Origin: Octopus sinensis | Taxonomy: Eukaryota | Length of the DNA stretch: 64,000 nucleotides | Reading direction: 5' to 3' | Assembly (NCBI RefSeq): GCF_006345805.1 | Contig: NC_042999.1 | Span: 40,424,001-40,488,000, forward strand | In this document: positions 12,901 to 25,832 of the stretch, one piece after another | Position numbering within the stretch: the first letter of the stretch is position 1 | Layout: the number at the start of each line of letters is the position of its first letter | Position numbers and translations under genes: made by a program | Notes under the pieces: model-generated | What the model saw: only the letters and a program-made list of their open reading frames with translations | Database searches by the model: none | What the model was told of the DNA's origin: nothing

Positions 12901-13071
12901 GGCGCAGGAGTGGCTGTGTGGTAAGTAGCTTGTTTACCAACCACATGGTCCCGGGTTCAGTCCCACTACGTGGCACCTTGGGCAAGTGTCTTCTACTATA
13001 ACCTCGGGCCGACCAAAACCTTGTGAGTGGATTTGGTAGACGGAAACTGAAAGAAGCCCGTCGTATATATG

Positions 13072-13115
<44 letters not shown>

Positions 13116-13330
13116 CATGTTTGTGTGTGTGTGTTTGTCCCCCTAGCATTGCTTGACAACCGATGCTGGTGTGTGTTATGTCCCCGTCACTTAGCGGTTC
13201 GGCAAAAGTGGCCGATAGAATAAGTACTGGGCTTACAAAGAATAAGTCCCGGGGGTCGAGTCGCTCGACTAAAGGCAGTGCTCCAGCATGGCCGCAGTCA
13301 AATGACTGAAACAAGTAAAAGAGTATAAAA
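12901..13330 (+). mobile_element. tRNA-derived SINE, family A (CORE-like block, internal microsatellite)
   Basis: Head GGCGCAGGAGTGGCTGTGTGGTAAG with B-box-like GGTTCAGTCCC, then GGCACCTTGGGCAAGTGTCTT (MIR/CORE-like), an internal (TA)n(TG)n and a GTAAAAGA-type tail. High identity to 32533 and 54679. Confidence 0.85.
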
Positions 13331-13808
13331 GAGAGAATGCATTATCAATTCAAAACAATGTGAGAAAACAAAGTATTATATCGGACAGAGTCATCTGAAT
13401 ACACAAGGATTAAGACATATATATCATGAGAAAAACTAAATGAAATATGAAAAATTGGTTTTTAAACTCGCTAGATTGAAAAAATGCGAAACTAATAAGA
13501 AAAAGGAAAACTGAAAAGAAAACGGGAGATGACAAAAAAAAATAAGAAATTCAAACGTGATAATATAGTCATTTTATGTCCCTGCTGGAAGTCAGGCTAT
13601 ATCTTGGTTCATTTGAATCATGTTACATAGTAATATAGTTGTGTCCATAAAATCATAAACGCTTTCTTTCCGCTACTTGTAAACACAAAGGCAAGTTGTG
13701 TATGCATGAAACTAGATGTGTACATTAGTGCCTATGTGTGTATGTATGTACCTATTTATACATATGTACACAATATACACACATATATTTATATATATAC
13801 ATATATAT

Positions 13809-13883
<75 letters not shown>

Positions 13884-13892
13884 ATATATATA

Positions 13893-13928
<36 letters not shown>

Positions 13929-13947
13929 CATACAATAATAATAATAA

Positions 13948-14035
<88 letters not shown>

Positions 14036-14831
14036 TTATAACAAAAGGGTGAGACCTCGATATTAGGTAAATAGAGGAGTTTATGTATATATATAGTATA
14101 GGACAATCAGTAAGTTGTCATAACAGGACTCAGAGTTTCAGATGTCAGAGTTATGATGTATTGTCGTCGGCTATTTTGACAACAGATGCCATGAAAAAAC
14201 CGTGGAATAAAAGGGAAGTTACTCCAATAGACACGAAAATTATAAATTATAGATCTTCCAGATTTTTAACCGTCTTCGTATCTAGCTCGCTTAAAACCAT
14301 GTTTGTGATTACATTATCGAATGCGTTCTTTCCACTTTTCCTTGTTTAAAATCTTATGCTTTGAATTGAGAAGAAAAAATTGTCTACCGTCTCTCGTATG
14401 TCGTGATATATGTCGAGATATAAACACCAGATTAGCTAATTGCAAGCCCTTTTGTTATTGACCTGTACATGACAAGCCGTCGGGAGCGTCCTGTCGTGAG
14501 GATTATCATTTTTGACTCCTCTAAAACACCTAGTTGCTAGCATCCGTTCAGCATCAGTTAAAATATATTAGATTTTCTTTTTTATGATTGCTCAAGAAAC
14601 ACATGCATTGATGGCTTTTATTTTGTAAATAAAAAACTTAATATTCTCTTCCCCTGCAGACTAATGAAGATGGTCGATTCATGACATAAATAAATATTTG
14701 TCCGTGTCCCATTGTTTTTAGTTGTCTACTAATAAGAAGTTAAACAATTATGAGAGATTTTCTCTTTTTTACGATCTATAAGAAATTTCCGTCAGATCCT
14801 AACAAAGAACCGAAGCAAAAGCTGAATAATA

Positions 14832-15038
14832 TTGGTTTCAAATTTTGACACAAAACCCGCAAATTCAGCGGAGTGGGTAAGTCGTAAGTCGCTTAAACCG
14901 ACTCATCTTATCGATCCTGAAAAGATGAAAAGGATGAAAGTCGATCTCGGCGGAATTCGAACTCAGAACGTAAGGACGGACGTAATGACGCGAAGCATTT
15001 TGCACGGTATGCTAACGATTCCGCCAGCTCAACGGCTT
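14832..15038 (-). mobile_element. tRNA-derived SINE, family B (Meta-domain-like body)
   Basis: Reverse complement matches the 51032 head/body (GAGCTGGCGGAATCGTTAGC...TTCTGAGTTCGAATTCCGCCGAGATCGAC), but the tail is different (...GTGTCAAAATTTGAAACC). Confidence 0.75.
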
Positions 15039-15166
15039 GATAATAATAATAACATTTCTACTAAAGGCACGTGTGTGTATAGTGTAGTAGTGTAGTATCG
15101 TGTGTGTATCTGTATGTATGTGTAGCTTGTGAGTGTGTGTGTTTGCGTGCGTGTGTGTGTGTCCGT

Positions 15167-15211
<45 letters not shown>

Positions 15212-15452
15212 TGTGTCTGTGTGTGTGTGTGTGTGTACACCTCCTCGTATGCACATGTTTGTACATTTACATTTTTCTGAATGTGTTTGTAGCTATCTGT
15301 CTATCTACCGATCCATCTACCTATTTCTCTCTCTTCCTTTCTCTCTCCCTCTCTCTCTGTGCATATAGACATACATATATATACACACATATATATACAT
15401 ATATAAATATATATATATATATATATTTGGCAAGGCCTCTTTCTTCCACCTT

Positions 15453-15493
<41 letters not shown>

Positions 15494-15679
15494 TTCTTTG
15501 TCTTTATGATGAGATATTTCCAATTACGTATAACAACTTCCAGTTATATAGCCTCATTAAAATGAAATTTTTAAAATTAGGCATCACACTTCTATTGTCA
15601 TTTCAGTTTTGTTGCATTCTTTTTAACACATGTACACTCATGTTTACACACAAATATGTTGCTTCTCTTCTAATCCTCT

Positions 15680-15742
<63 letters not shown>

Positions 15743-17101
15743 AATATATATAATATAATACATACATATCTATATTACGACATTCATTCGTTTAACACAC
15801 ATTTTTATTAATGCAGTAATGCAGCCATATGTGTAAATATATATATATATATATATATATTAAGAGAGATACATATATATGCATATGATTGTGTGTATGT
15901 ATATATAAATTCAATGTGGACAAGCTGTTCCATATGCCATTAAAACTTTTCTAAATGTTACCTTAGCATAATTATAATTCAGAAGAAATAAACACTAGTA
16001 AACGATTAACATGCATTATCTGTATTTTTTTTTCTTGATTATGTTTTCGCTTACGTAACATTTGTGCATCAATGTTGAAGGCTTATTATTCGCTATCTTC
16101 TTTTTCTTCAGAATTATGCTTATATTAATGCAATATTGTTAGGAATGTTTTGATATCGTATTTAACTGCTTATTATCATTCTCTGGACCTGTGCGCTTTC
16201 TATAGCCAGTCATCACTTGACGCGCTGGAATATTTTCCTATGAATGGACGATGGATGAGATTTGCGAAGTAGATCTCTTTCGAGCTCGTATGTATTTTAG
16301 CTACTCGGCGCGAACCACCAAGGGTACACATATCAACATTCATATGACTTCAATACGTCCATGTCAGCTAACATTTTCTCAAGCGCAGCGTTAATCTTTA
16401 CGCTCTCCACCTTACAATGCATCAAGCTGTTCATTAAGTTCCTAAAACAGACGCGAAAAAGACAAATGAAATAGTCAAATTTAGCCGGAACACAGTATAA
16501 TGCAAGAAATGAAGTGACTAGAAATATAACTCCATATTAATGGTACATATTACATCGTGAGAGTTTCGATTACTATCTCTACATTATATATATGCGAAAG
16601 TATTGTGAATATGATAGAAAATATATAAATGCAGGTAATCAAAATGAAACGACACATATTCGGTGCTGAAAAAAAACCTGGCTTTAAGGCTATCTCGAAA
16701 GGCCTGGGTGGAGGCCTAACCTTCCGAGTTCAATTACTGGTCTTAGAAAATCTGAAAGAATGCTGCAATTAGTGCGTGAAACAGAGAAGAGTGTGTTGAA
16801 TAAAATCATAATTAACTGATCCTTCTCTATTTTCTTTTACCCACAGCCAGTAACTTTTCATCATCCCCTCGTAGTTATATGTTGGACTGAAAATTTAGGT
16901 TCTTTAAGCTCTGGCCTCTAACTTTAATTTCGTCTCTACTTTGTACATTTTTTCTCCATCTAGGCATTTCATGTAGGCATTCTGTATTGGTTTCTCCTTA
17001 TAATATTTCATCTTTTGAATTCATTTTCCATCAACCTTCTCCCTTTTTTTCTCGTAATACCATTCGTAACTTACATACGTAAATATTTTAACGTTAGCTT
17101 C

Positions 17102-17144
<43 letters not shown>

Positions 17145-17299
17145 ACCAACATCTCATTTATATGTGTCTCTGGATATGTCCAAATCTTCCATTATGCTTT
17201 CCCCTGTATTTTCGAAACTACGCATACTGATTACTATTTTAAATATTTCCTCTTTAAAAAAATCACCTTCACTTCCTTCACTACCAGAGCTTCATCTTT

Positions 17300-18773
17300 C
17301 CTGAAAGAGGATCCCCTCTTAGACACCTTCCATCACTGTCTATCTCTGGACATTTGTGGCCAGTAGGCTCCAGGTAGCAGTTGATATCATCTCGCCATCT
17401 TGTCGTTGGTCGACCTCTTAATCTTGTTTACTGTATTAGTGTCCTTTCTTTCGCCCTTATTGTCCATTTGCTGTCCTTCATCCGCTCATTGTGGTTAGCC
17501 CATCTACATATTTTCTCCTCGGTGGTTCTTATGATGTCCTAGACCCTCGTGTTCCGTCGTATCCAGGCGTCGGTTTTCTTGTCCGACAATATGATGCTGA
17601 GCATGATTCGTTCCGTTTTCCTTTGGGCCACAACGAGGGCGTATGTGATGGTTGTATTAGGAGCCCATGTTTCACTGCCATAAATCATCACTGGCTGGAT
17701 GTACTCATTGACGACCTTTCTTTTCATTTTCATGAAATGCTTGAGATTTTTGTAAAATATTCCAAGTTGTATTGCACCAGATGATCTCACAACTATCCAG
17801 TCTCCTTTCGTCATACCATCAGAGACGAGAGTGAACATCAACCGACTTAAGTGAGACGAGGCACCTGGCGAAGACGACGTTTCTGCTGACATTTTTCTGA
17901 ACGGTAGAGAGTCCATCATGACGATGATCACCAAGTTGTTTCACAGACGCTTCAAAGTAGGCAAAATCTGCAACTGTTGAAAGAATGCAATAGCAGTCTT
18001 GCCTTAAAAGAAAGATGACAGAACGAATACAATATCCCGTTCCGTCTTGCCTTTGTTAACTATGAGGAGTCCTTTAACTCCATAGAATTCACGTCGATCC
18101 TTTCAACACTGAAGAACCAAGAAGTACACCCTGCCTACACTGAAATATTAAAACCTCTTTACAGCCGTGTACCATTCACCTTCAGGCTACACCAAGGTAG
18201 TGATGAGATGAAGCTGGTAAGGGGAGCAACGAAAGGTGACAGCCTCTCACCGAAGTTGCTTACATCGTGCCTGCAAGATACTGTCACCAATAAAATCCAA
18301 TGAGACAAGAAAGGAATCAATATTGCCGGAGAACAACAGTGCCACCTGGATTTCACCGATATCTCGAAATCGCATCCACCTAAGGAATTGCAAGAAAGGA
18401 TCACATGTACCCACAACTACAAGTCAACCTGTCGGCGTCAATATGACCCGCGGAAACACCAAGGTCATTTTCAATAGGTACGATATGCCACCGCTCACCA
18501 CCGTAAACGGAAAATGATGGAAGAGGTAGTCAGCCTACAAGTCAACCTGTCGGCGTCAATATGACCCGCGGAAAGACCAAGGTCATTTTTAATAGGTACG
18601 CTATGCCACCACCCACCATGATAGAAGAGGTAGTCAGCTATGTTTACCTAAGTTAGATGGTGACGAAAGACAGATATTTCCTCCGGAGACCAAAAGAAGA
18701 GTAGCGTTTGGTTGGGTGGCCTTTGGGAATGTGAAAAACCTTGCGGGGAAAATAATCACCAATCAATGAAAAT
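17300..18773. mobile_element. RTE-clade LINE fragment with inverted 5' part
   Basis: Minus 17300-17734 encodes MKMKRKVVNEYIQPVMIYGSETW...RGRPTTRWRDD (3' end). Plus 17735-18773 encodes the RT region: PSETRVNINRLK*DEAPGEDD...GATKGDSLSPKL...RRVAFGWVAFGNVKN. Confidence 0.8.
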
Positions 18774-19929
18774 CTGCAGTTGAGAAATGATAAGCCCTTT
18801 ATTATATTCATGATGCTCTACAAACAACACCAATTCCTAAACCGGTCCAACCTGTTATTCATTTGACAGATTCGTAAGTGCAAACTGTATGACCCTGGGG
18901 CACGAATTGTTGCAATCGTATATATGTATGTATATTTATGTGTGTGTGTGAGGGTGTGCTGAAGTGTATATTGAGCGTGTATATAAATGTATATGCGTGT
19001 GTATGTTAGACCTGACTGTATCAATCTGTGTGTGGTTGTTCGAGCATTGTTTATATAATTGTGTGCAAACCTGTATTTGATAACCAGGTTATGAAATACC
19101 AAATAGCTAATGGAACTGAGATAATTTGTTTCAACATTAAGTACATATATCTATCGTATAAACTTACTCTCAATTTTCTATTACAACTTAAAGGAGATCA
19201 AAAATTCATACTAATGTAAAAATTAGTCAATGTTCAACAACTTTTATAATTGAAAATATTTCATTCCAAAAATCACATTTTTTTGCTTTTTACCAATTTT
19301 TATTAAAGTTATGAAAACTGTTAATAACATTTCTTCAGTCATTTAATGTTCTACTAAGAATCATTTCTGATAAGTCAGCCAAACATTTATTGCTTCTTAG
19401 AATATAATATCGAAAATGGATGTTTGTGTTATTGTGTTTCTTTTCTTTTGTTCATCTGAATTACAAAAATGTATTATATTCCGAAGAATTGATTGCTTTT
19501 ATTCAATCTAACATATTTTAGTATCAATTTTTAAAATATTTGGTTGTGTTGATTGTTTTGTAGAGGTTCTGCTTTGTTTTCATTTGTATTTGAAATTCGA
19601 TATTGATTTTCGTGTCACAGTTTTCCAACTCGGAATGCAGCGCATGTAACAAATAATGTTTCTACTTAGTTATCATGCGTATTTACTGCTAGAAGTTATT
19701 CTGTTTTATGAGCGTCCCTTAGAACATTGACAAATTCGATATCGTCTCAACATCAAAATTTTCTCTTTGTCTCCCTCTGCCTTCCTTACCTTTTGTCTCT
19801 ATCACTCTCATGCCGATATGTGCGTATGTGTGTATTTAAATTATGAATACACTAGACGTATACTATATGTATGTGAATAAATGGTAGATATATATGCATT
19901 ATTAATAAATACATGCAATTTATATATGT

Positions 19930-20135
19930 AAGGCTGTAAGCTGGCAGGATATTTATCACGTCAGACGAAGAAATGCTTAGCAACGTTTCACCTGTCTTCT
20001 GAGTTCAAATTCCGTAGATGTTGACGTTACACATTATGCTTTCAATGGTAGATAACTACCAGCTGATTACAGTGATCGATTATAATCGACTTATCCTCAC
20101 CCACAAAATAGCTTATGCCAAAAATTAAAGCAAAT
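19930..20135 (+). mobile_element. Diverged SINE, family B
   Basis: AAGGCTGTAAGCTGGCAGG...GAAATGCTTAGC...TTCTGAGTTCAAATTCC...ATAATCGACTT. Confidence 0.6.
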
Positions 20136-20159
20136 ATATAATACTATATATGAAATATT

Positions 20160-20560
20160 ATAGTTCTATATTTAAGGGATGAGGAATTATGTACGTTATA
20201 TTATTTATATTTGACGGATATTTCTCCACATCTTCTTTTGTGTTAACTCAACGTTTCGGCAGATGTGCCCTCCAGCCTTCATTGGGTGCCTTGGAGATAT
20301 TTCGAATAGACTTTCCAGCTGGATTCTACACTGTGACCAATTAAGGCTTCGGATATTATCCAAAGATTTCATACTCGGTCTGACCCTACATATCTTGCCT
20401 TTCGGCACGACTTTCCTGCGACAGCTTAATCACTCGTCTGTCGTACCGGAGTTATCACTTCACAATGCAGAGAAGTAGCGGCGCGATCTGAAGAGACTCC
20501 CTGACCTCCGGGCTACACATCCTATCGAGTAATGTTACTCCAGAAGTCCTACGGAGATAC
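20160..20560 (-). mobile_element. Probable PLE-type terminal repeat fragment carrying a decayed hammerhead (20245-20290)
   Basis: Minus strand reads GGCAC-CCAATGA-A-GGCTG-gagggcacat-CTGCC-GAA-ACGT-T-GAGTT: hammerhead topology with CUGAUGA mutated to CCAAUGA. Outer boundaries are approximate. Confidence 0.5.
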
Positions 20561-20984
20561 CCGACTTCCCCTTTCTATTCACGATCATTCTCATTGGTTC
20601 ATGGTTTTCGATTGCGTTATCATTTATCATTCATCTTTTTCTTGCTTCAGCTATAAAATTATTGCCATGCTGTAGTACTGGCTTGGTGGATATGGTTGAT
20701 CAAATCACACCCCATTCCCAGTACTCAGTTTTTCAAGCCTGGAAATTATTCTATCAAAATCTTTTGCTGAGCCGCTAAGGTATAAGGATATAAACAAAGT
20801 CGTAGTGGGGAGGGAGGGGGAGTAAATCACAAACACAAAGACACAAGTTCAGATATATACATACATACATATATATGTATGTGTGTAAATATACATACAT
20901 ACGTATATATATGTATATACACATAAATGTATATGCATATATGTGTGTGTGTGTGTGTATTTATCTATATATATTCGTATACTC

Positions 20985-21140
20985 TCTTACTTCTCGTCTA
21001 CCAAATCCACTCATAAGGCATTAGTTGGTCTGGGCCCTTGTAGAAGATACTCGTTAAAGCTGCCACTCGATGGGACTGAACTCAGGATCACATAGATGGG
21101 AAGCAATCTTCTCGACATCTCAGCCATACCTGTCCCTCTA
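20985..21140 (-). mobile_element. Diverged SINE, family A (5' half)
   Basis: CGTCTACCAAATCCACTCATAAGGC...GGGACTGAACTC is the reverse complement of the family A head. Confidence 0.65.
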
Positions 21141-21307
21141 TTATATAGTATTTACAAGTCTTGTTTTTTTGTGAGGGGGGCTCCAAATTTGGTAATCATG
21201 TAGCTAAATATGAATATATGTAAAATCAACAGCCAAAGATCGAAAACATCGTTAATTCTCAATACAGTCAGTAGCAACCACACCACCGACAACACCAACA
21301 AAACAAC

Positions 21308-21500
21308 GGTGGAGGCGCAATGGTCCAGTGGTTAGGGCAGCAGACACGCGGTCATAAGAACGCGGCTTCGATTCCCAGACTGAGCATTGTGAGTGTTTAT
21401 TGAACAAAAACACCTAAGCTCCACGAGGCTCCGGATGTGGGGGTGATCCCTGCTGTACTCTTTCACCACAACTTTCTCTCACTCTTTCTTCCTACTTCTA
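21308..21500 (+). mobile_element. tRNA-derived SINE, family C (3'-truncated)
   Basis: GGTGGAGGCGCAATGGTCCAGTGGTTAGGGCAGC...TTCGATTCCCAGAC; matches 22701. Confidence 0.8.
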
Positions 21501-21934
21501 CCACAAAGCAGAGGAACCATGGTGTAACCCACTATGGTGTGGTAAACTTTCAGACACCAGTCTACATTGCGAATCCTCTGTACCCCAGGATGGTTCAGCT
21601 CTCCACCCGTTAAAAGCTACCGTTTACAGAATGAGAATAACAACGTAGCTTTCACGCCCGTGCAACCACTAGTCTATTGCCTGTGGTGGGTGAATCTTCA
21701 AGTTACCGCACGCATTCTTAGTAGCTTAGAGTAGGCTCGAATTAGAGATTATTCTATGTGGCTAATGAATAATGAGTCCCGTTTGGGAGAAGAAGACAAC
21801 AACAACGAAAACAATAAGAGCAGCAGCAGCAACAGCAACAGCGACAACTATAACAATAACGAAACGAGGAATTAATAGAATTTAAATAACACTAAATAAA
21901 TGTTATAACAGCTACAATACATAACCATCACCGA

Positions 21935-22155
21935 CAATAATATTTGGCACGAAAACAGCCGCAAGGCCTGGAATTTGGGGTAAAGGATTATTCAGATAAA
22001 TTATCCCTTGTACTTGATTTTTACTGTACGTTATTGATCCAGAAAGGATTAAGGTCAAATTCGACCTTGGAAAGATTTGAACTCAGAACGTCAAAAGGTA
22101 AATACTGTAAAGTATTTTCTAATCATTTCCAAGGATATCGCTAATCCGCTACCCT
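21935..22155 (-). mobile_element. Diverged SINE, family B
   Basis: ...GATCCAGAAAGGATTAAGGTCAAATTCGACCTTGG...TTTGAACTCAGAACGT is the reverse complement of the family B body. Confidence 0.55.
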
Positions 22156-22700
22156 AATATCAACAGTAATAGTTATCAGTGTCAGACAGATGCAAATGAT
22201 TAAACTAAACGGAATTAATAATTGTATACTATTTAATTCATAGACCGGAGACAGTTCAAAGTACGGGATAAAGGCAGAATAAAACGAAACACATGAACAT
22301 GAATCATGATGATGATTGTTATGAAGATAACTATGATAATGATGATGATGATGACTTACGACGACACCGTGGAGCAGGAGATGGGATCCGACGACGAGGA
22401 CGGCTATGAAGCGGTAGCAGTGGTGATAAGGACAATGGATGTAGCGGTCTAAGTCCTTGGTCTCACAGATAAAGTCTGATTGCTCTGATCAATGATTGAA
22501 GGCATTCCCTAATGAGATTCCCGTCTTCTTGCTGTTTCTTCGAAGAAGACGGATTATATTATCAAACGTGTTTTCTTACACTGTAAGACGCATGTGTAAT
22601 ATGAGGGAAATTTGACTGTTGTATTGTTAAACAGATTGATGGACCACGTATGGAGTCCCTGACAGTTGGTGTTTGTTTTATTGAGCCTAAGATTTCCATT

Positions 22701-23026
22701 GGTGGAGGCGCAATGGCCCAGTGGTTAGGGCAGCGGATTTGCAGTCGGAGGATCACGGTTTCGATTCCCAGACCGGGGGTTGTGTGTGTTTATTGAGCGA
22801 AAACACATAAAAAGCTCCACGAAGCTCCGGCAGGGGTTGGTGGTGTCCCCTGTTGTACTCTTTCGCCCCAACTTTCTCTCACTCTCTCTTCCTGTTTCTT
22901 GAGTAACGCTGCGATGGACTGGCGTCCCGTCCTGCTGAGGAGAACCAATATCCTACAGAAACCGGGAAACCAGGCCCTTTTCAAGCCTGGCTAGGCTTGA
23001 AAGGGGCACATAAATAAATAAATAAC
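22701..23026 (+). mobile_element. Full-length tRNA-derived SINE, family C, with target-site duplication
   Basis: A/B-box-like head TGGCCCAGTGG...GTTTCGATTCC and a (TAAA)n tail. ATTTCCATTG is duplicated at 22692-22701 and 23027-23036. Confidence 0.9.
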
Positions 23027-23804
23027 ATTTCCATTGAGTGAAAAAGTGAGGGACGATGATGGCGATGGAGATAAGTGAAGGAGAAGCAAGCAAAAACAAT
23101 GTTTTTATTTTTTCGTTCTTTTAATCGAATGACTGAGAAAGAGTGTTAAGCAAGACCGCAGAGATAACAACACAATCTACAGCCAAGTAATAGATAATGC
23201 AATTTTCTTTTTCATAAAAGCCAACACCAATAAAAACAAACCCGTAATGACTTGTGTGGCTGGAGAGAGAGCGAGAGAGCAGGTGTTGTCAGATTCATTA
23301 ACAATCAGTAATGAAATGATATTGATTGGGTACGAGGTAAAAAAAAAATGTAATCAACTAGAAAGATGTGTTAGATTAGTTGTAAGGGTAAGTATAGTAT
23401 GAGTATGTGATGGTAGCAGTAGTCATGGTGTTGATTGCTGACAGTGTTGCTGGATCCATTGTAGGGAAATACAAATAGAATTACTACTGAACAAATAGTA
23501 ACATTCAAAATATGTAACGCTGTCTGCAGCGCTAGAAAATACTATCTTTTGATAACTTTTGTGGTTGTTCGCCTAATGTAAACAGAACAGCAATTCAAGA
23601 TGACTTGGGTTTCTATGAAGTGCGAAATTAACGCTTTTACGACTTCTTAGATTAATAATAATCTCTGTATTTGCTTTCCTTCTCCAAACAATAAAGACTT
23701 CGACGTCTTCAAACACAATTATCATTTCGTATATATTATGGCTTATGCGAGTATTATATACCTATATCTATGAAGACAAAAGTTAGATACGCCGCCAGAA
23801 GCTA

Positions 23805-24297
23805 CCGTAAATCCTCGAGTATAGTCCGCCCTTGAGTATAATACGAAGGGGATTTTTAGGGAGCTGTACCTCTGAAAAACCTAAACCTTCTGTATAAAAC
23901 GAACCCCTTTTCTAACTTGAGTCAAGGAGGTCTATATAACGTCCTTGGTTTGTAAAAATGTATACGGTAACGTGCTTTATTATTATTGTATATATAACAT
24001 AATGCAAACGTATAGCTTTTTTGTGCATTTTGTTTGCAGAACATAAAGAAATAACAGGAATAATGTTTAATAAATGTTGCTTAATGCAAGTTATGGATGA
24101 TTCTTTTATGACTTCATTGCTTTCAGGCTTAGCTTAAGGTATTTTCGCGTCTGAATAAACATTGCCGGAGAGCAAATAGAGACTCGGACATTGCCTAGGA
24201 AATATTTTTCAGTTTTTACCTCGTATATAGTACGCACTAGAGATTTTGACCTTTCAATTTTGGAGAAAAAATGCGGATTATACTCGAGGATTAACGC
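23805..24297. mobile_element. Non-autonomous Tc1/mariner-superfamily MITE (Tc2/pogo-like TIR)
   Basis: 25-bp TIRs CCGTAAATCCTCGAGTATAGTCCGC (23805-23829) and GCGGATTATACTCGAGGATTAACGC (24273-24297) are 22/25 complementary. TA flanks both sides; no ORF. Confidence 0.8.
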
Positions 24298-24384
24298 TAT
24301 ATACTATATTTTCTGTTGTATTGGAATCTTCATTATTTAAGCTATTATAAATTGCACTTTAAATTTCAAGTAATATTCCTTTGG

Positions 24385-24525
24385 ATGCTGAATAGGCACA
24401 AGGCACGAAATTTGTTGGGAGGTGGGTAAGCCGATCACATCGATCCCCTGTACTTGGCTGGTACTTAATTTATCAACTCCGAAAGGATGAAAGAACAAGT
24501 CAACTTCGGCGGAGTTTGAACTCAT
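24385..24525 (-). mobile_element. SINE family B fragment
   Basis: CTGGTACTTAATTTATCAACTCCGAAAGGATGAAAG...GTCAACTTCGGCGGAGTTTGAACTCA. Confidence 0.7.
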
Positions 24526-25719
24526 GAATGCTGAAATAATGCGAACAAGATTAGAAGCAACAGCTGCAAAAATGGGACTAAAAGATCTACGACTTGCAAA
24601 CCAAAGTAATGCTAGTTAACAACTGTGACCATAAGGAATATGGAAGGTGTCGTTTACATAAATGTGCTAAGAGGTGATGTCGCGGATGTTGCATGTCAAA
24701 ATAATTCTTGATTAATTAAAATTTTCATCTTGATTCAAATGAAGTAAACAAAATCCGACTAGTAATTAATAGGGATTCATATGCATGTGGTCAGATAATT
24801 TCATAAGTTTCAGACATGGGAGACAATTATAGTAATGTTTCAGCCATAATAATGTTTCGTTAGGTTCAATGAGCGAAGCATATTCGATTCAAACTTCTTT
24901 TCTCAATTCACGTTTGATTTTCTTTTACATACTGATGTGACATACTAAGTTATTTAATCAGTATTAAAATGCATTGTTTAAAAAAAAAAAACGAGATGAA
25001 TTTTTTTAAGGGATATGAATCAAGTTCACCAGTAGCACTGAGATAACTACATTGTGACAGAATTAGTTGAAAATATTTCCAATTTCCTAACTTTTACTAA
25101 TCTAATTGTAGATTGCTTTTATGATTCTTAGAACAATGTTGTGTCATTTTTAGCGAATTAGATTTGTCTTTACATAAATATTTGACTTTGTTTTTACTGT
25201 TTAATTGAATAATTATATAAACTTGTTGAGCCTGATAAATAAATAACTAAAATACTTGTCTGTACATTTCTGTGTTATGATTTGATAATTTTTCATTTTC
25301 GATTTATTTTTTGTTCGCGTGTGTTTTAATGTATTAGATTATATTTTTGTACAGTAATAGCAGCGACTACACGTATTATACTGAGTCCTAGAAAGCGTAG
25401 AGCCGTTCACCCAGGATTCATGATGCGCAAGTTGCCAAGGATACACCACTATCCTTGAGCGAAACGCCAGTCCATTTCAGGGCTACTCATGTAAAGTTGA
25501 ATGGGCTTCAGCAACATAAAATGGAGTGCTCAAGAACATAATAAACTACCAGTTCCTTGAATCCAAACCACGATCTTGCGATCGCGACTGCTACTTCCTA
25601 TCCACTGGGCCACTTACATTCCCACTGATTACCACTATTGCACAACTACTACTACTACTACTACTACTACGACGACGACGACGACGACGACGACTACTAC
25701 TACTACTACTACTACTACC

Positions 25720-25776
<57 letters not shown>

Positions 25777-25778
25777 TA

Positions 25779-25828
<50 letters not shown>

Positions 25829-25832
<4 letters not shown>

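Noticed and set aside
14660-14689. Possible terminal exon (CCCCTGCAG|TNEDGRFMT*, then AATAAA)
   Set aside because: An acceptor-like site with ten codons is expected by chance; there is no supporting upstream exon.
22701-22775. tRNA gene (also other SINE heads)
   Set aside because: A/B boxes are present, but there is no complete cloverleaf and each continues into a SINE body.
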